A stretch of 17,376 nucleotides of DNA from a virus. Below, piece by piece: positions 1-7,326 of this stretch. Location of the stretch: positions 1 through 17,376 of IMG/VR virus record IMGVR_UViG_3300048907_000177; one strand, 5' to 3'. Within the stretch, counting starts at the first letter, position 1. Every line of letters begins with the position of its first letter. A model generated the notes under the pieces. That model made no database searches. It was not told the DNA's origin and saw only the letters and a program-made list of their open reading frames with translations. The translations under genes were made by a program, and so were the position numbers.

Positions 1-127
1 CCCGCGCCTGTTCTCCCTTTCGCGCCCCGCGCGCACAGATTGTGACGGATAGTGACGGTTCTCGACCAGGCGCCGCCGCTTCTCGGTAAGACTGAGCCGC
101 GGCTCTGGACTCCGCCCCTGCGGGACC
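1..127. repeat. Terminal overlap, copy 1 (identical to 17250-17376)
   Basis: Base-by-base comparison shows 127/127 identity with the window end. The overlap includes the first 76 nt of the terminase ORF. Confidence 0.95.
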
Positions 128-1641
128 TTAATCCGGACACTTCGTACGGGTTTGAGGTGATCGACTACGCCCGCGAAATCCTTCACCGTCCGTTACTGCC
201 GTGGCAAGAGTTCGCTGTGGTCCACGGCGGCGAGATGCTCGACGGCGCCGACTGCTCCCCGGCGCTCGGCGCGCACAGCGACGCGTGCGCGGCCAGAGAT
301 CCCCGCGACTTGACGCGGCTGTGCCGCCCGCGGTTCCGCATCGTGCTGCTGCTGGTGGCTCGGCAGAACGGCAAGACCGAACTACCGGTGATCCTGTCGA
401 TCTTCTGGCAGTTCAAGCAGCGGCTCCCCTTGATCGTCGGCACGTCCACGCAGCTGTCGTACGCGAAAGAGTCGTGGAAGAAAGCGGTCAACCTGGTCGG
501 GCGGACACCGGCGCTGGCTGACCAGCACGCGCCTGCCCGACAGTGGTATCGGCTCCAGAACAACGAGACGGAGTCGTTCACGTACGACGGGTCCCGGTAC
601 AAGATCGCCGCGGCCAACGAGGAAGGCGGCCGGTCGCTGAGCGTGGACCGGGCGATCATGGACGAGATCCGACAGCACAAGACGTACGCGGCGTGGGACG
701 CGCTGGAGCCGGCATGCTCGCCGCCGGACGCCCAAATCTGGTGCCTGTCCAACGCTGGCGACTCACGGTCAATCGTGCTGAACGATCACCAGGACGACGC
801 ACAGGTGTTCATCGAGACCGGCGTAGGCGACGACCGGATGTGCCTGCTCGAATGGTCGGCGCCGGAAGACGCTGAGCCCGACGACGTGGAAGCGCTGCTC
901 CAGGCCAACCCGCGGGTCGGGTACGGCGCTGATCTGGAGGTGCTGGTCAAGGCGGGCCGGAAGGCAAAGCGGCTCGGCGGGCAGGCGCTCGCTGGCTTCA
1001 AAACCGAGCGCATGTGCATCCGGGTGAAGCTGCTCTCCGCAGCGATCGACCCCCGGCGGTGGGCAGAGGCGCTGGCGCCGGGTGAGCTTGCCGAGCACCG
1101 CGACCGCCTGGCCGCGGTCATCGAGCTGAGCCCGAACGGCGACCATGCCACGCTCGGCGTGGCCGCGGTGGTCGACGGTGAGGACGTGCGGGTCGAGACC
1201 GTGGCCGAATGGTCCGGCGCCACCGCGGCGTCGCAAGCCGAACGTGCGCTACCTGGTCTGATCGGCATGATCCGGCCGCGGGTGCTGGGCTGGTTCCCGA
1301 CCGGCCCGGGGGCGGCGATCGGCGCCAAGCTCGGCGCGGCCGGCCAGCCGGCGTGGCTGCCGCGGGGCACCGGGCTGGCCGAGATCCGGGCCGAGACGCC
1401 GGCCGTGTGCATGGGGTTCGCTAAGGAGATTGCCGGCGGCACGCTGTTGCACTCCGGTCAGCCGATGCTCGATGCGCAGCTGGCCGAGACCGAATGGCAG
1501 TCACTCGGGCAGGCGCGGGTGTTCGCCCGGAAGAACGGCAACACGGACGCCGTGTACGCGGTGGCCGGCGCGGTCCACCTCGCGCGGACGCTGCCGGTGC
1601 GGCTCAAGGTGGCGCGCCGGTTCCAGGCGGCGCCGGGCTGA
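52..1641 (+). CDS. terL: Terminase large subunit
   Basis: 529 aa. It has a Walker-A-like VARQNGKTE, a Walker-B-like AIMDEI, and an N-terminal PRLWTPPLR...LLPWQ motif typical of actinophage TerL. The C-terminal half is nuclease-like. GTG at 52 is the first start after the in-frame TGA at 43-45. Confidence 0.9.
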   Translation: MTVLDQAPPLLGKTEPRLWTPPLRDLNPDTSYGFEVIDYAREILHRPLLPWQEFAVVHGGEMLDGADCSPALGAHSDACAARDPRDLTRLCRPRFRIVLLLVARQNGKTELPVILSIFWQFKQRLPLIVGTSTQLSYAKESWKKAVNLVGRTPALADQHAPARQWYRLQNNETESFTYDGSRYKIAAANEEGGRSLSVDRAIMDEIRQHKTYAAWDALEPACSPPDAQIWCLSNAGDSRSIVLNDHQDDAQVFIETGVGDDRMCLLEWSAPEDAEPDDVEALLQANPRVGYGADLEVLVKAGRKAKRLGGQALAGFKTERMCIRVKLLSAAIDPRRWAEALAPGELAEHRDRLAAVIELSPNGDHATLGVAAVVDGEDVRVETVAEWSGATAASQAERALPGLIGMIRPRVLGWFPTGPGAAIGAKLGAAGQPAWLPRGTGLAEIRAETPAVCMGFAKEIAGGTLLHSGQPMLDAQLAETEWQSLGQARVFARKNGNTDAVYAVAGAVHLARTLPVRLKVARRFQAAPG

Positions 1642-1671
1642 TGATGGTCAACGGCGTGTCCACCTGTCACA

Positions 1672-4600
1672 ATGCCGGTCATGGGGTGGATTGCCGCGGG
1701 TCTGCAAGTCGCGCGTGACGTGCTGGGCCTGCCGCGCCCGTTCCATCTCGACCTGGAGCCGCTCCAGACTTTCGACCTTGCCCCGCAGCCGGTGGATCGT
1801 CTGCTGGCCGCGATGCGGTCCGGCGCCGGCCCGGCGTCGCGCACTGACGCGCTGTCCATCGCCGCGGTGCAGCGCGGCCGAAACGAGCTGTGCGCGCTGG
1901 CCACGCTGCCGCTGCGCCTGTTCCAGGGGCTGACGCCGGTCGACTCGCCGCTGTTCCGCCAGTTCGATCTTGACGTGCCGAACGTCGTGCACATGTCGAT
2001 GACGATCGAGGATCTCGCCTTCGAGGCGATCGCGTGGTGGCAGGTCGTCGGGCAGGACTTCGACCGCTACCCGATGGCAGTTCGGCGCATCGAGCCCTGC
2101 CGTGTGCAGTTGACCCGGCCGGACGGCCCGCCGCGGCCGGATGACCGGCGCTACGTGTGGATCCGCCGGGAGACACCCGCAGTCGGATGGGACATGGTGC
2201 CCGCGTCGGAGATGATCCGGTTCGACTCGCCGAACCCCGGCCTGCTCAAGTCGTGCGGCCGGATGATCCGGATCGCGCTGGCGTTGGACCGGCTGATCGA
2301 GATGTACGGAAACAACCCGGCGCTGCGTGATCTGTTCACCGCGAACACGGACGCCCCGGTTGACATGCCGGAAGACTCCGAGGTGGCCGCGTTCCTGGCC
2401 GAATGGGCTGCGCTGCGGTCGGTGACGCCGGCCGGCTACCTGCCCCCGCAGTTCAAAAAGGCGGACGTGTCCGTGCCGTCGCCGCGGGATCTCACCCTGG
2501 TGGAGTTGCGCTCTGAGGTCAACCTCGCGCTGGCCAATCACCTCGGGGTGGACCCGGAAGACCTGGGCGTGAACACGACGTCGCGGACGTACTTCAACGG
2601 CGTGGACCGTCGGCAGGAAAAGATCAACCGGACGTACGCGCCGTACATGAAAGCGATCACGGACCGGCTGATGATGGGCGACGTGACCCGCCGCGGGTAT
2701 CAGCCGCAGTTCGATCTGACCGGCTACCTCAAGTCGGACCCGAACACGCAGGCAAGCTACTGGGCTGCCCTGAAGGGACTCAACGTGGTCGATGAGCTGT
2801 GGATCGGCGAGCAGGCCGGCATCGATCCGGCGGTGACCCGGCGGGCGATGCGTGCCGCCCCGGCACCGGCGCCGGCCGCGGACGCCGCGGTGAACGGGCG
2901 CCGGCCGGCAATCCAGCTCGGCGACATCACGCCGGCCCGTACCTTCGCCGACTGCCGGCCGGCGTACACGTTCCAGGCGTCTGAGTTCGCCGGGTCAACA
3001 CCGGCGCCGACCGTGGACCGCGCGGCCCGAACCATCACCGGCTTGGCCGTCCCGTACGGCGCGGTGGCCAACAAGTACGGCCTGAAGATCACGTTCGAGC
3101 CCGGGTCCCTGGAGTACGGCGACGCCGCGCGCATGCCGCACCTGAAGGACCACATGACGCCGGTCGGTTTCCACCGTTCCGTGAAGGACTCGGCCAACGG
3201 CCCGATCGTCGAGCTCGCCGTGTTGGACGCGCCGGACGGAAGCCCTGCCAAGACCGAGCGTGACCAGCTGCTCTACGACGCTGAGCACGGCCTGTACTCA
3301 GGCCTGTCGATCGGCGTGGACTACTCGCTCGACCCTGCCGACGGTGACGTCGAGATCGACGACGACGGGGTCTATCACGTCCGGCGTGCCACGTGGCGCG
3401 AGACCAGCACGACGTACATGCCCGCATTCGATGACGCACGCGTGACCAGAGTGGCCGCGAGCCTGACAGGAGGAACCACTGTGGAACGCTGCCAGCACTG
3501 CGGGCACCCGCACATGCCGGGGATCGCGTGCCAGACCTTCATCGCGCAGCTGCGCACGCAGCCCGACCCGGCGCCGCAGCCCGACCCGGTACCGGCGCCG
3601 CAACCTGCCCCGGTGCCCGCCCCCGCACCGGGGCAGCCCGACGCCGCTCAGTTCGCCGCGTTCGCTCAGGCAATGGGCATGCAGGTGTCGCCGCTCGGCC
3701 TGATGGCGCCGGGCCCGGTGCCGGTCAGCCCGCACACCGGTGTCGCCGTCGTCAGCGAGCCGGTCCCGTACCGGTACGACCGGCACGGCAACCTGCGAGC
3801 CGGCGCGCATGATTTCTCGACGGACATCTTCATCGCGCACAACCCCAAGTACGACGGCCCGGAAGACCGGACCGCGGCGGCCAAGCGCATCGAGCACTGG
3901 CTGTCGTACGCGTTCGGCGGGGAGGATGGGCAGCAGCACCTCGGCAAGCTGGCCGTGCCGGGGTCGGCCGCTCAGCAGCAGTACGCCATCACGCCGGCCA
4001 ACGTCGTCAACCTGAACTACCCGCAGAACCATCCGGAGATGTACGTCGACCAGCTCGACTACCTCTATCCGATGTACCAGGAATTCAACAAGGGCACGCT
4101 GGACGTGCTGACCCCGTTCGTGCTACCGAAGTTCTCGGCGTCGTCGGGCCTGGTCGCGGATCACGTGTCCGGCGTGGAGCCGACCCCGGGCGCGTTCTCG
4201 GCGACCGCGCAGACGATCACACCGTCAGCGCTGTCCGGCAAGGTGGAGATGCTGCGTGAGGTCTTCGATCAGGTCGGTTCCCCGCAGGCGTCGGGACTGA
4301 TCTGGCGGCAGATGGTCCGCGGCTGGTACGAGGGCATCGAGGCCGCGATTCAAGCGTTCTTCGTCGCGAACGCGGCCAGCATCCCGGACATCGCGCTGGG
4401 CACGGCGGTCACGGACGCCGCGATGGACACGTCCCTGGCGACGTTCATCGCCGCTCTCCAGTACATCCGCGGCGGCGACCGCTACCGCAAGATCTTCACC
4501 CAGGTTGATCTGTACAACAAGCTGATCAACGCGAAGGACACCACGAACCGGCCGCTGTACCCGCCGCTCGGCGCGATGAACGCAGCCGGCGTGGCGGGCC

Positions 4601-4848
4601 CGGAGGCGAACTACATCAACGTCCGCGGGAAGCTGTTCGTCCCTGAGTGGGCGACCGCGGCGTCGGGCTCGGTGGCCGCGTCGTCCTGGATGATGGACCC
4701 GGACGTCGTCGGCGTGTGGCTGTCGGTCCCCAAGCGGATCGATCTGGAGTGGCGCGTGGCGTGGGTGGACATCGGAATCTGGGGTTACAAGGCCCTGGCC
4801 ATCACGGACTTCACGCGTACCCGTGAGCTGATCTACGACCCGGTCTAA
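1672..4848 (+). CDS. Portal / HK97-type prohead protease / major capsid protein in one continuous reading frame
   Basis: 1058 aa with no in-frame stop. Roughly aa 1-390 are portal-like (SIAAVQRGRNELCALATLPLRLF, EMIRFDSPNPGLL, LVELRSEVNLALANHLGVDPEDLGV, SRTYFNGVDRRQEKINRTYAPYMKAI). Roughly aa 450-598 are prohead-protease-like (ITGLAVPYGAV, PHLKDHMTPVG, GLYSGLSIGV, RETSTTYMPAFDDARV). A Pro/Ala linker follows. Roughly aa 650-1058 are HK97-fold capsid-like. Confidence 0.85.
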   Translation: MPVMGWIAAGLQVARDVLGLPRPFHLDLEPLQTFDLAPQPVDRLLAAMRSGAGPASRTDALSIAAVQRGRNELCALATLPLRLFQGLTPVDSPLFRQFDLDVPNVVHMSMTIEDLAFEAIAWWQVVGQDFDRYPMAVRRIEPCRVQLTRPDGPPRPDDRRYVWIRRETPAVGWDMVPASEMIRFDSPNPGLLKSCGRMIRIALALDRLIEMYGNNPALRDLFTANTDAPVDMPEDSEVAAFLAEWAALRSVTPAGYLPPQFKKADVSVPSPRDLTLVELRSEVNLALANHLGVDPEDLGVNTTSRTYFNGVDRRQEKINRTYAPYMKAITDRLMMGDVTRRGYQPQFDLTGYLKSDPNTQASYWAALKGLNVVDELWIGEQAGIDPAVTRRAMRAAPAPAPAADAAVNGRRPAIQLGDITPARTFADCRPAYTFQASEFAGSTPAPTVDRAARTITGLAVPYGAVANKYGLKITFEPGSLEYGDAARMPHLKDHMTPVGFHRSVKDSANGPIVELAVLDAPDGSPAKTERDQLLYDAEHGLYSGLSIGVDYSLDPADGDVEIDDDGVYHVRRATWRETSTTYMPAFDDARVTRVAASLTGGTTVERCQHCGHPHMPGIACQTFIAQLRTQPDPAPQPDPVPAPQPAPVPAPAPGQPDAAQFAAFAQAMGMQVSPLGLMAPGPVPVSPHTGVAVVSEPVPYRYDRHGNLRAGAHDFSTDIFIAHNPKYDGPEDRTAAAKRIEHWLSYAFGGEDGQQHLGKLAVPGSAAQQQYAITPANVVNLNYPQNHPEMYVDQLDYLYPMYQEFNKGTLDVLTPFVLPKFSASSGLVADHVSGVEPTPGAFSATAQTITPSALSGKVEMLREVFDQVGSPQASGLIWRQMVRGWYEGIEAAIQAFFVANAASIPDIALGTAVTDAAMDTSLATFIAALQYIRGGDRYRKIFTQVDLYNKLINAKDTTNRPLYPPLGAMNAAGVAGPEANYINVRGKLFVPEWATAASGSVAASSWMMDPDVVGVWLSVPKRIDLEWRVAWVDIGIWGYKALAITDFTRTRELIYDPV
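3481..4848 (+). CDS. Possible nested, in-frame internal-start product (linker plus major capsid protein, 455 aa)
   Basis: A perfect AGGAGG at 3468-3473 is followed by a 7-nt spacer and an in-frame GTG at 3481. This sits exactly between the protease-like and capsid-like segments. Confidence 0.5.
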   Translation: MERCQHCGHPHMPGIACQTFIAQLRTQPDPAPQPDPVPAPQPAPVPAPAPGQPDAAQFAAFAQAMGMQVSPLGLMAPGPVPVSPHTGVAVVSEPVPYRYDRHGNLRAGAHDFSTDIFIAHNPKYDGPEDRTAAAKRIEHWLSYAFGGEDGQQHLGKLAVPGSAAQQQYAITPANVVNLNYPQNHPEMYVDQLDYLYPMYQEFNKGTLDVLTPFVLPKFSASSGLVADHVSGVEPTPGAFSATAQTITPSALSGKVEMLREVFDQVGSPQASGLIWRQMVRGWYEGIEAAIQAFFVANAASIPDIALGTAVTDAAMDTSLATFIAALQYIRGGDRYRKIFTQVDLYNKLINAKDTTNRPLYPPLGAMNAAGVAGPEANYINVRGKLFVPEWATAASGSVAASSWMMDPDVVGVWLSVPKRIDLEWRVAWVDIGIWGYKALAITDFTRTRELIYDPV

Positions 4849-4898
4849 GTCGTACCCGGCGGTGGGGTGGTAAGTGCTCACGCGCTTGCCGCCCCCCA

Positions 4899-4916
4899 AT
4901 GTTTCACGTGAAACAT
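4899..4916. repeat. Perfect 18-bp AT-rich palindrome ATGTTTCACGTGAAACAT in the capsid-downstream intergenic gap
   Basis: Read directly: ATGTTTCAC followed by GTGAAACAT. It lies in the 93-bp gap between 4848 and 4942. Confidence 0.9.
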
Positions 4917-4941
4917 CCAAGATCGAGGGAAGGGGCCCGGG

Positions 4942-5349
4942 ATGGGCGACCAGACGAACGAAGAGATCGCCGCGGAGCGTGACCGGCTCCAGGCCGAGAA
5001 TGAGCAGCTCAAGGCGCAGCTGTCCGCAGTCGGCGCGGGCACGACCCAGGCCGCGGCGCCCGCGCACACGTTCCAGCTGTCGGAGGCCGACCGGCAGGAA
5101 TTGGAGCAGCGCGGTTGGATCAACTACCGCGGCACGGTCATGACGACCGACGACGTCCGCCGCGCGCTCGGCAAGGATCAGGGGAAGGTGAAGATCAAGG
5201 ACGCTCCGAAGGACGCGCCCAAGCCTCCGACGCTGCCGACCCGCAACCCGGTGGCCGGCGTCGACTACGTGCCCCCGGCGACCGCGTCCGACGTCCCGAA
5301 CACGGAGGCCCCCTCGGACCGGCCTCGCTCCCGGCGCGGCGGGAACTGA
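4942..5349 (+). CDS. Coiled-coil protein of unknown function (scaffold- or decoration-like by position only)
   Basis: 135 aa. An RBS-like GAGGGAAGGGG lies upstream. The N-terminal heptad-like stretch is EEIAAERDRLQAENEQLKAQL, and the tail is Lys/Pro-rich. Confidence 0.7.
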   Translation: MGDQTNEEIAAERDRLQAENEQLKAQLSAVGAGTTQAAAPAHTFQLSEADRQELEQRGWINYRGTVMTTDDVRRALGKDQGKVKIKDAPKDAPKPPTLPTRNPVAGVDYVPPATASDVPNTEAPSDRPRSRRGGN

Positions 5350-5355
5350 CCTGCC

Positions 5356-5958
5356 ATGGCCTGGGCTCCCGACTACGTGACAGCGGCGAACCTCGATTCC
5401 TACCTGGAGATCGCGGACTCCGTCGATGACACGTTGCTGGCAGGCTGGGCCACCGCGGCGTCCCGCGCGGTCGACAACTGGGCGAACCGGCAGTTCGGGC
5501 AGCTCGCCGCGGCGGCGGCCCGGACCTACCGGGAGGTGCCGTTCTACAACTGGCGGACCGGCCTGTGGGAATTGCAGATCGACGACGTCCAGGACTTGAC
5601 CGGGATGACGGTCAACGGGGTCGCGTTCGCGAGCTCAGGCGCGGTGCTGCTGCCGGACAACGCGCCGTCCGATGGCGTCCCGTACACCCGGATCGGGTTC
5701 GCGGTCGTGCCTGTGCAGGCGAGCCCTGGCGTGTCCGTGACGAACGTGATCGTCGCGAAGTGGGGCTGGACTGCCGTGCCCGCGGCGGTACCGATGGCCT
5801 GCCGCTTGCAGGCGGCCCGCTGGAACTTCCGGCGTAACTCGCCGCACGGTGTGGCCGGCTCGCCCGATCAGGGGTCCGAGGTGCGGCTGTTGGCCAAGCT
5901 GGACCCGGACGTGGCCGTGACCCTGGCCGGTCTCGGTCGACCGCGGCGGCCCGGCTGA
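5356..5958 (+). CDS. Head-to-tail adaptor (gp6-like connector)
   Basis: 200 aa. The N-terminus PDYVTAANLDSYLEIADSVDDTLLAGWATAASRAVDNWANRQF matches the typical head-tail connector signature. Its position after the capsid module fits. Confidence 0.75.
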   Translation: MAWAPDYVTAANLDSYLEIADSVDDTLLAGWATAASRAVDNWANRQFGQLAAAAARTYREVPFYNWRTGLWELQIDDVQDLTGMTVNGVAFASSGAVLLPDNAPSDGVPYTRIGFAVVPVQASPGVSVTNVIVAKWGWTAVPAAVPMACRLQAARWNFRRNSPHGVAGSPDQGSEVRLLAKLDPDVAVTLAGLGRPRRPG

Positions 5959-6383
5959 TGGATCTCTACGCGCTGGCCACCCAGATCGGCATGGCCCTCA
6001 ACGCGGTCACGCCGGCCCTGCGGGTCTACCCGTACGGTGCCGACAAGATTGAGGCGCCGGGCGTGGTCGTCACCATGCCGGACGAGTACGGGCCGTCCTC
6101 GTACGGCCGGGGCGCCCGGCACCTGACCTCGATCGGCGTGCTGCTGTGTGTCCGCGGCGCCGCGGGGGTCCGGCCGCGCCGGGCGTCGCTGAAACAGCTG
6201 TACGCCTACTTGCAGGAGACCGGCACCGGGTCGATCCTCAAGGCCGTGGAGGAATACGCGTACACGGCCTGCATCCCTGGCACGATGGCCTGGAAACGAA
6301 CCACGTTCGACGTCCTGTCAATCGCGGGCGTCGAATACCTCACTGCTCTACTCGAATTCGACGCCGATGGCGTAGCGACCTAG
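5958..6383 (+). CDS. Neck / tail-terminator-like protein
   Basis: 141 aa. It is TGATG-coupled to the adaptor and sits immediately upstream of the major tail gene. The motif RVYPYGADKIEAPGVVVT resembles neck and tail-completion families. Confidence 0.6.
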   Translation: MDLYALATQIGMALNAVTPALRVYPYGADKIEAPGVVVTMPDEYGPSSYGRGARHLTSIGVLLCVRGAAGVRPRRASLKQLYAYLQETGTGSILKAVEEYAYTACIPGTMAWKRTTFDVLSIAGVEYLTALLEFDADGVAT

Positions 6384-6393
6384 GAGACCGGCC

Positions 6394-6804
6394 ATGCCTT
6401 ACACCCCCGTGCACGGCAAGGGGACCGTGCTCAAGCTCGGCGCCAACGACATCAGCCTGTCCACCCAGAATTCGGCGTTCTCCGGGTCGGCCGAGATCGC
6501 GAAGTCGTCCGGCTACACCGTCACGAACCACACCAAGGTCGCCGGGATCGTCGACGGACAGTTCACGGCGAACGGCTGCTACGACATCGGCGCGACGACC
6601 GGCACGAACACGCTGCTGGAGGGCAAGGAAGGCACGTCGTTCTCGATCACGCGGCAGGTGGCGGGCACCGGCTCGGGTAAGCCGCAAGAGGTCTTCACCG
6701 GCCTGCTCTCCAAGTTCGACGTGTCCGACCCGTACGACGGCCTGGTCCAGTGGTCGGCGACGTGGGAAGTCAGCGGTACGGTGAACCGGACCGCTCAGCC
6801 CTGA
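6394..6804 (+). CDS. Major tail protein
   Basis: 136 aa with a strong RBS (TAGGAGA). Composition is Gly/Thr/Ser-rich and beta-type, ending in WSATWEVSGTV. It lies directly upstream of the chaperone pair. Confidence 0.75.
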   Translation: MPYTPVHGKGTVLKLGANDISLSTQNSAFSGSAEIAKSSGYTVTNHTKVAGIVDGQFTANGCYDIGATTGTNTLLEGKEGTSFSITRQVAGTGSGKPQEVFTGLLSKFDVSDPYDGLVQWSATWEVSGTVNRTAQP

Positions 6805-6821
6805 TCGAGGAGAACCCCAAC

Positions 6822-7184
6822 ATGCTCAGCAGAGACGAGATCCTCGCGCGGAAGACGAACGCGCCGGGCCCGCAGCCATACCAGCTGTCGGACGGGTCGG
6901 GTGAGGTGATGATCCGTGGCCTGTCGGTCCGTGAGCGGCAGGCGGCCGGCGTGGCGGGTCAGGACCGTGACGCTGACGGGGTGACCCGCTCGACCGCGCT
7001 GATCATCGCCGCGGGGCTGGTCGAGCCGGCGCTGTCTCTTGAGGACGTGGAGGCGTGGTGTGACACGCCAGGGCAGGCCGAGGTGGTGGAGCGGTTGGCC
7101 AACAAGATCGCGGACCTTTCCGGCCTTGGTGAGGGTGCCGGGAAAAGCGGCGTACCGGCAGTTCGACGCAAATCCCGATCTTGA
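6822..7184 (+). CDS. Tail assembly chaperone (G-like, unshifted product)
   Basis: ATG at 6822 follows GAGGAG. The 120-aa product reads MLSRDEILARK...VMIRGLSVRERQ...LVEPALSLEDVEAW...LSGLGEG, typical of chaperones between the major tail protein and the tape measure. Confidence 0.8.
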   Translation: MLSRDEILARKTNAPGPQPYQLSDGSGEVMIRGLSVRERQAAGVAGQDRDADGVTRSTALIIAAGLVEPALSLEDVEAWCDTPGQAEVVERLANKIADLSGLGEGAGKSGVPAVRRKSRS

Positions 7185-7326
7185 GTTTGAGCACTTGCTG
7201 TGCGCTGAGTTGGGCGGGATGACCGTTGAGGAGATGAGGGATCGCATGACCAACGCCGAGTATGTGCGGTGGTCGGCGTTCTTCGCCCGGAAGGCGCAGC
7301 GTCAGCAAATCGCGGGCGGCAAGTGA
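6822..7326 (+). CDS. Tail assembly chaperone frameshift product (GT-like), requiring a +1 shift at about 7146
   Basis: The overlapping frame (open 7039-7326) encodes GMTVEEMRDRMTNAEYVRWSAFFARK, a typical T-extension motif. GGGAAAA lies in the overlap region. Confidence 0.6.
7140..7146 (+). promoter_or_regulatory. Candidate recoding (slippery) site GGGAAAA
   Basis: The upstream frame reads GGG AAA AGC. The downstream frame reads G GGA AAA GCG. Confidence 0.55.

Noticed and set aside
1-127. The 127-bp identical ends could be biological direct terminal repeats, attL/attR or LTR-like repeats.
   Set aside because: The repeat runs exactly to both window edges and cuts through the terminase ORF. 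Its length equals a standard maximum assembler k-mer. A circular-contig overlap is the simpler reading, although a true short DTR cannot be excluded without reads.
1646-1654. The operator half-site 9-mer GGTCAACGG recurs at 1646, 5610 and 10772 as well as 13034, which could mean dispersed operator sites.
   Set aside because: Two of the three extra copies are simply in-frame Val-Asn-Gly codons (GTC AAC GGN) built from favoured codons. None has the palindromic partner. Chance plus codon bias is sufficient.
3559-3642. Imperfect CAGCCCGACCCGG DNA repeats could be a tandem repeat, VNTR or DGR-like variable region.
   Set aside because: They are simply the coding sequence for a Pro/Ala/Gln linker. 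No reverse transcriptase or template repeat is present anywhere in the window.
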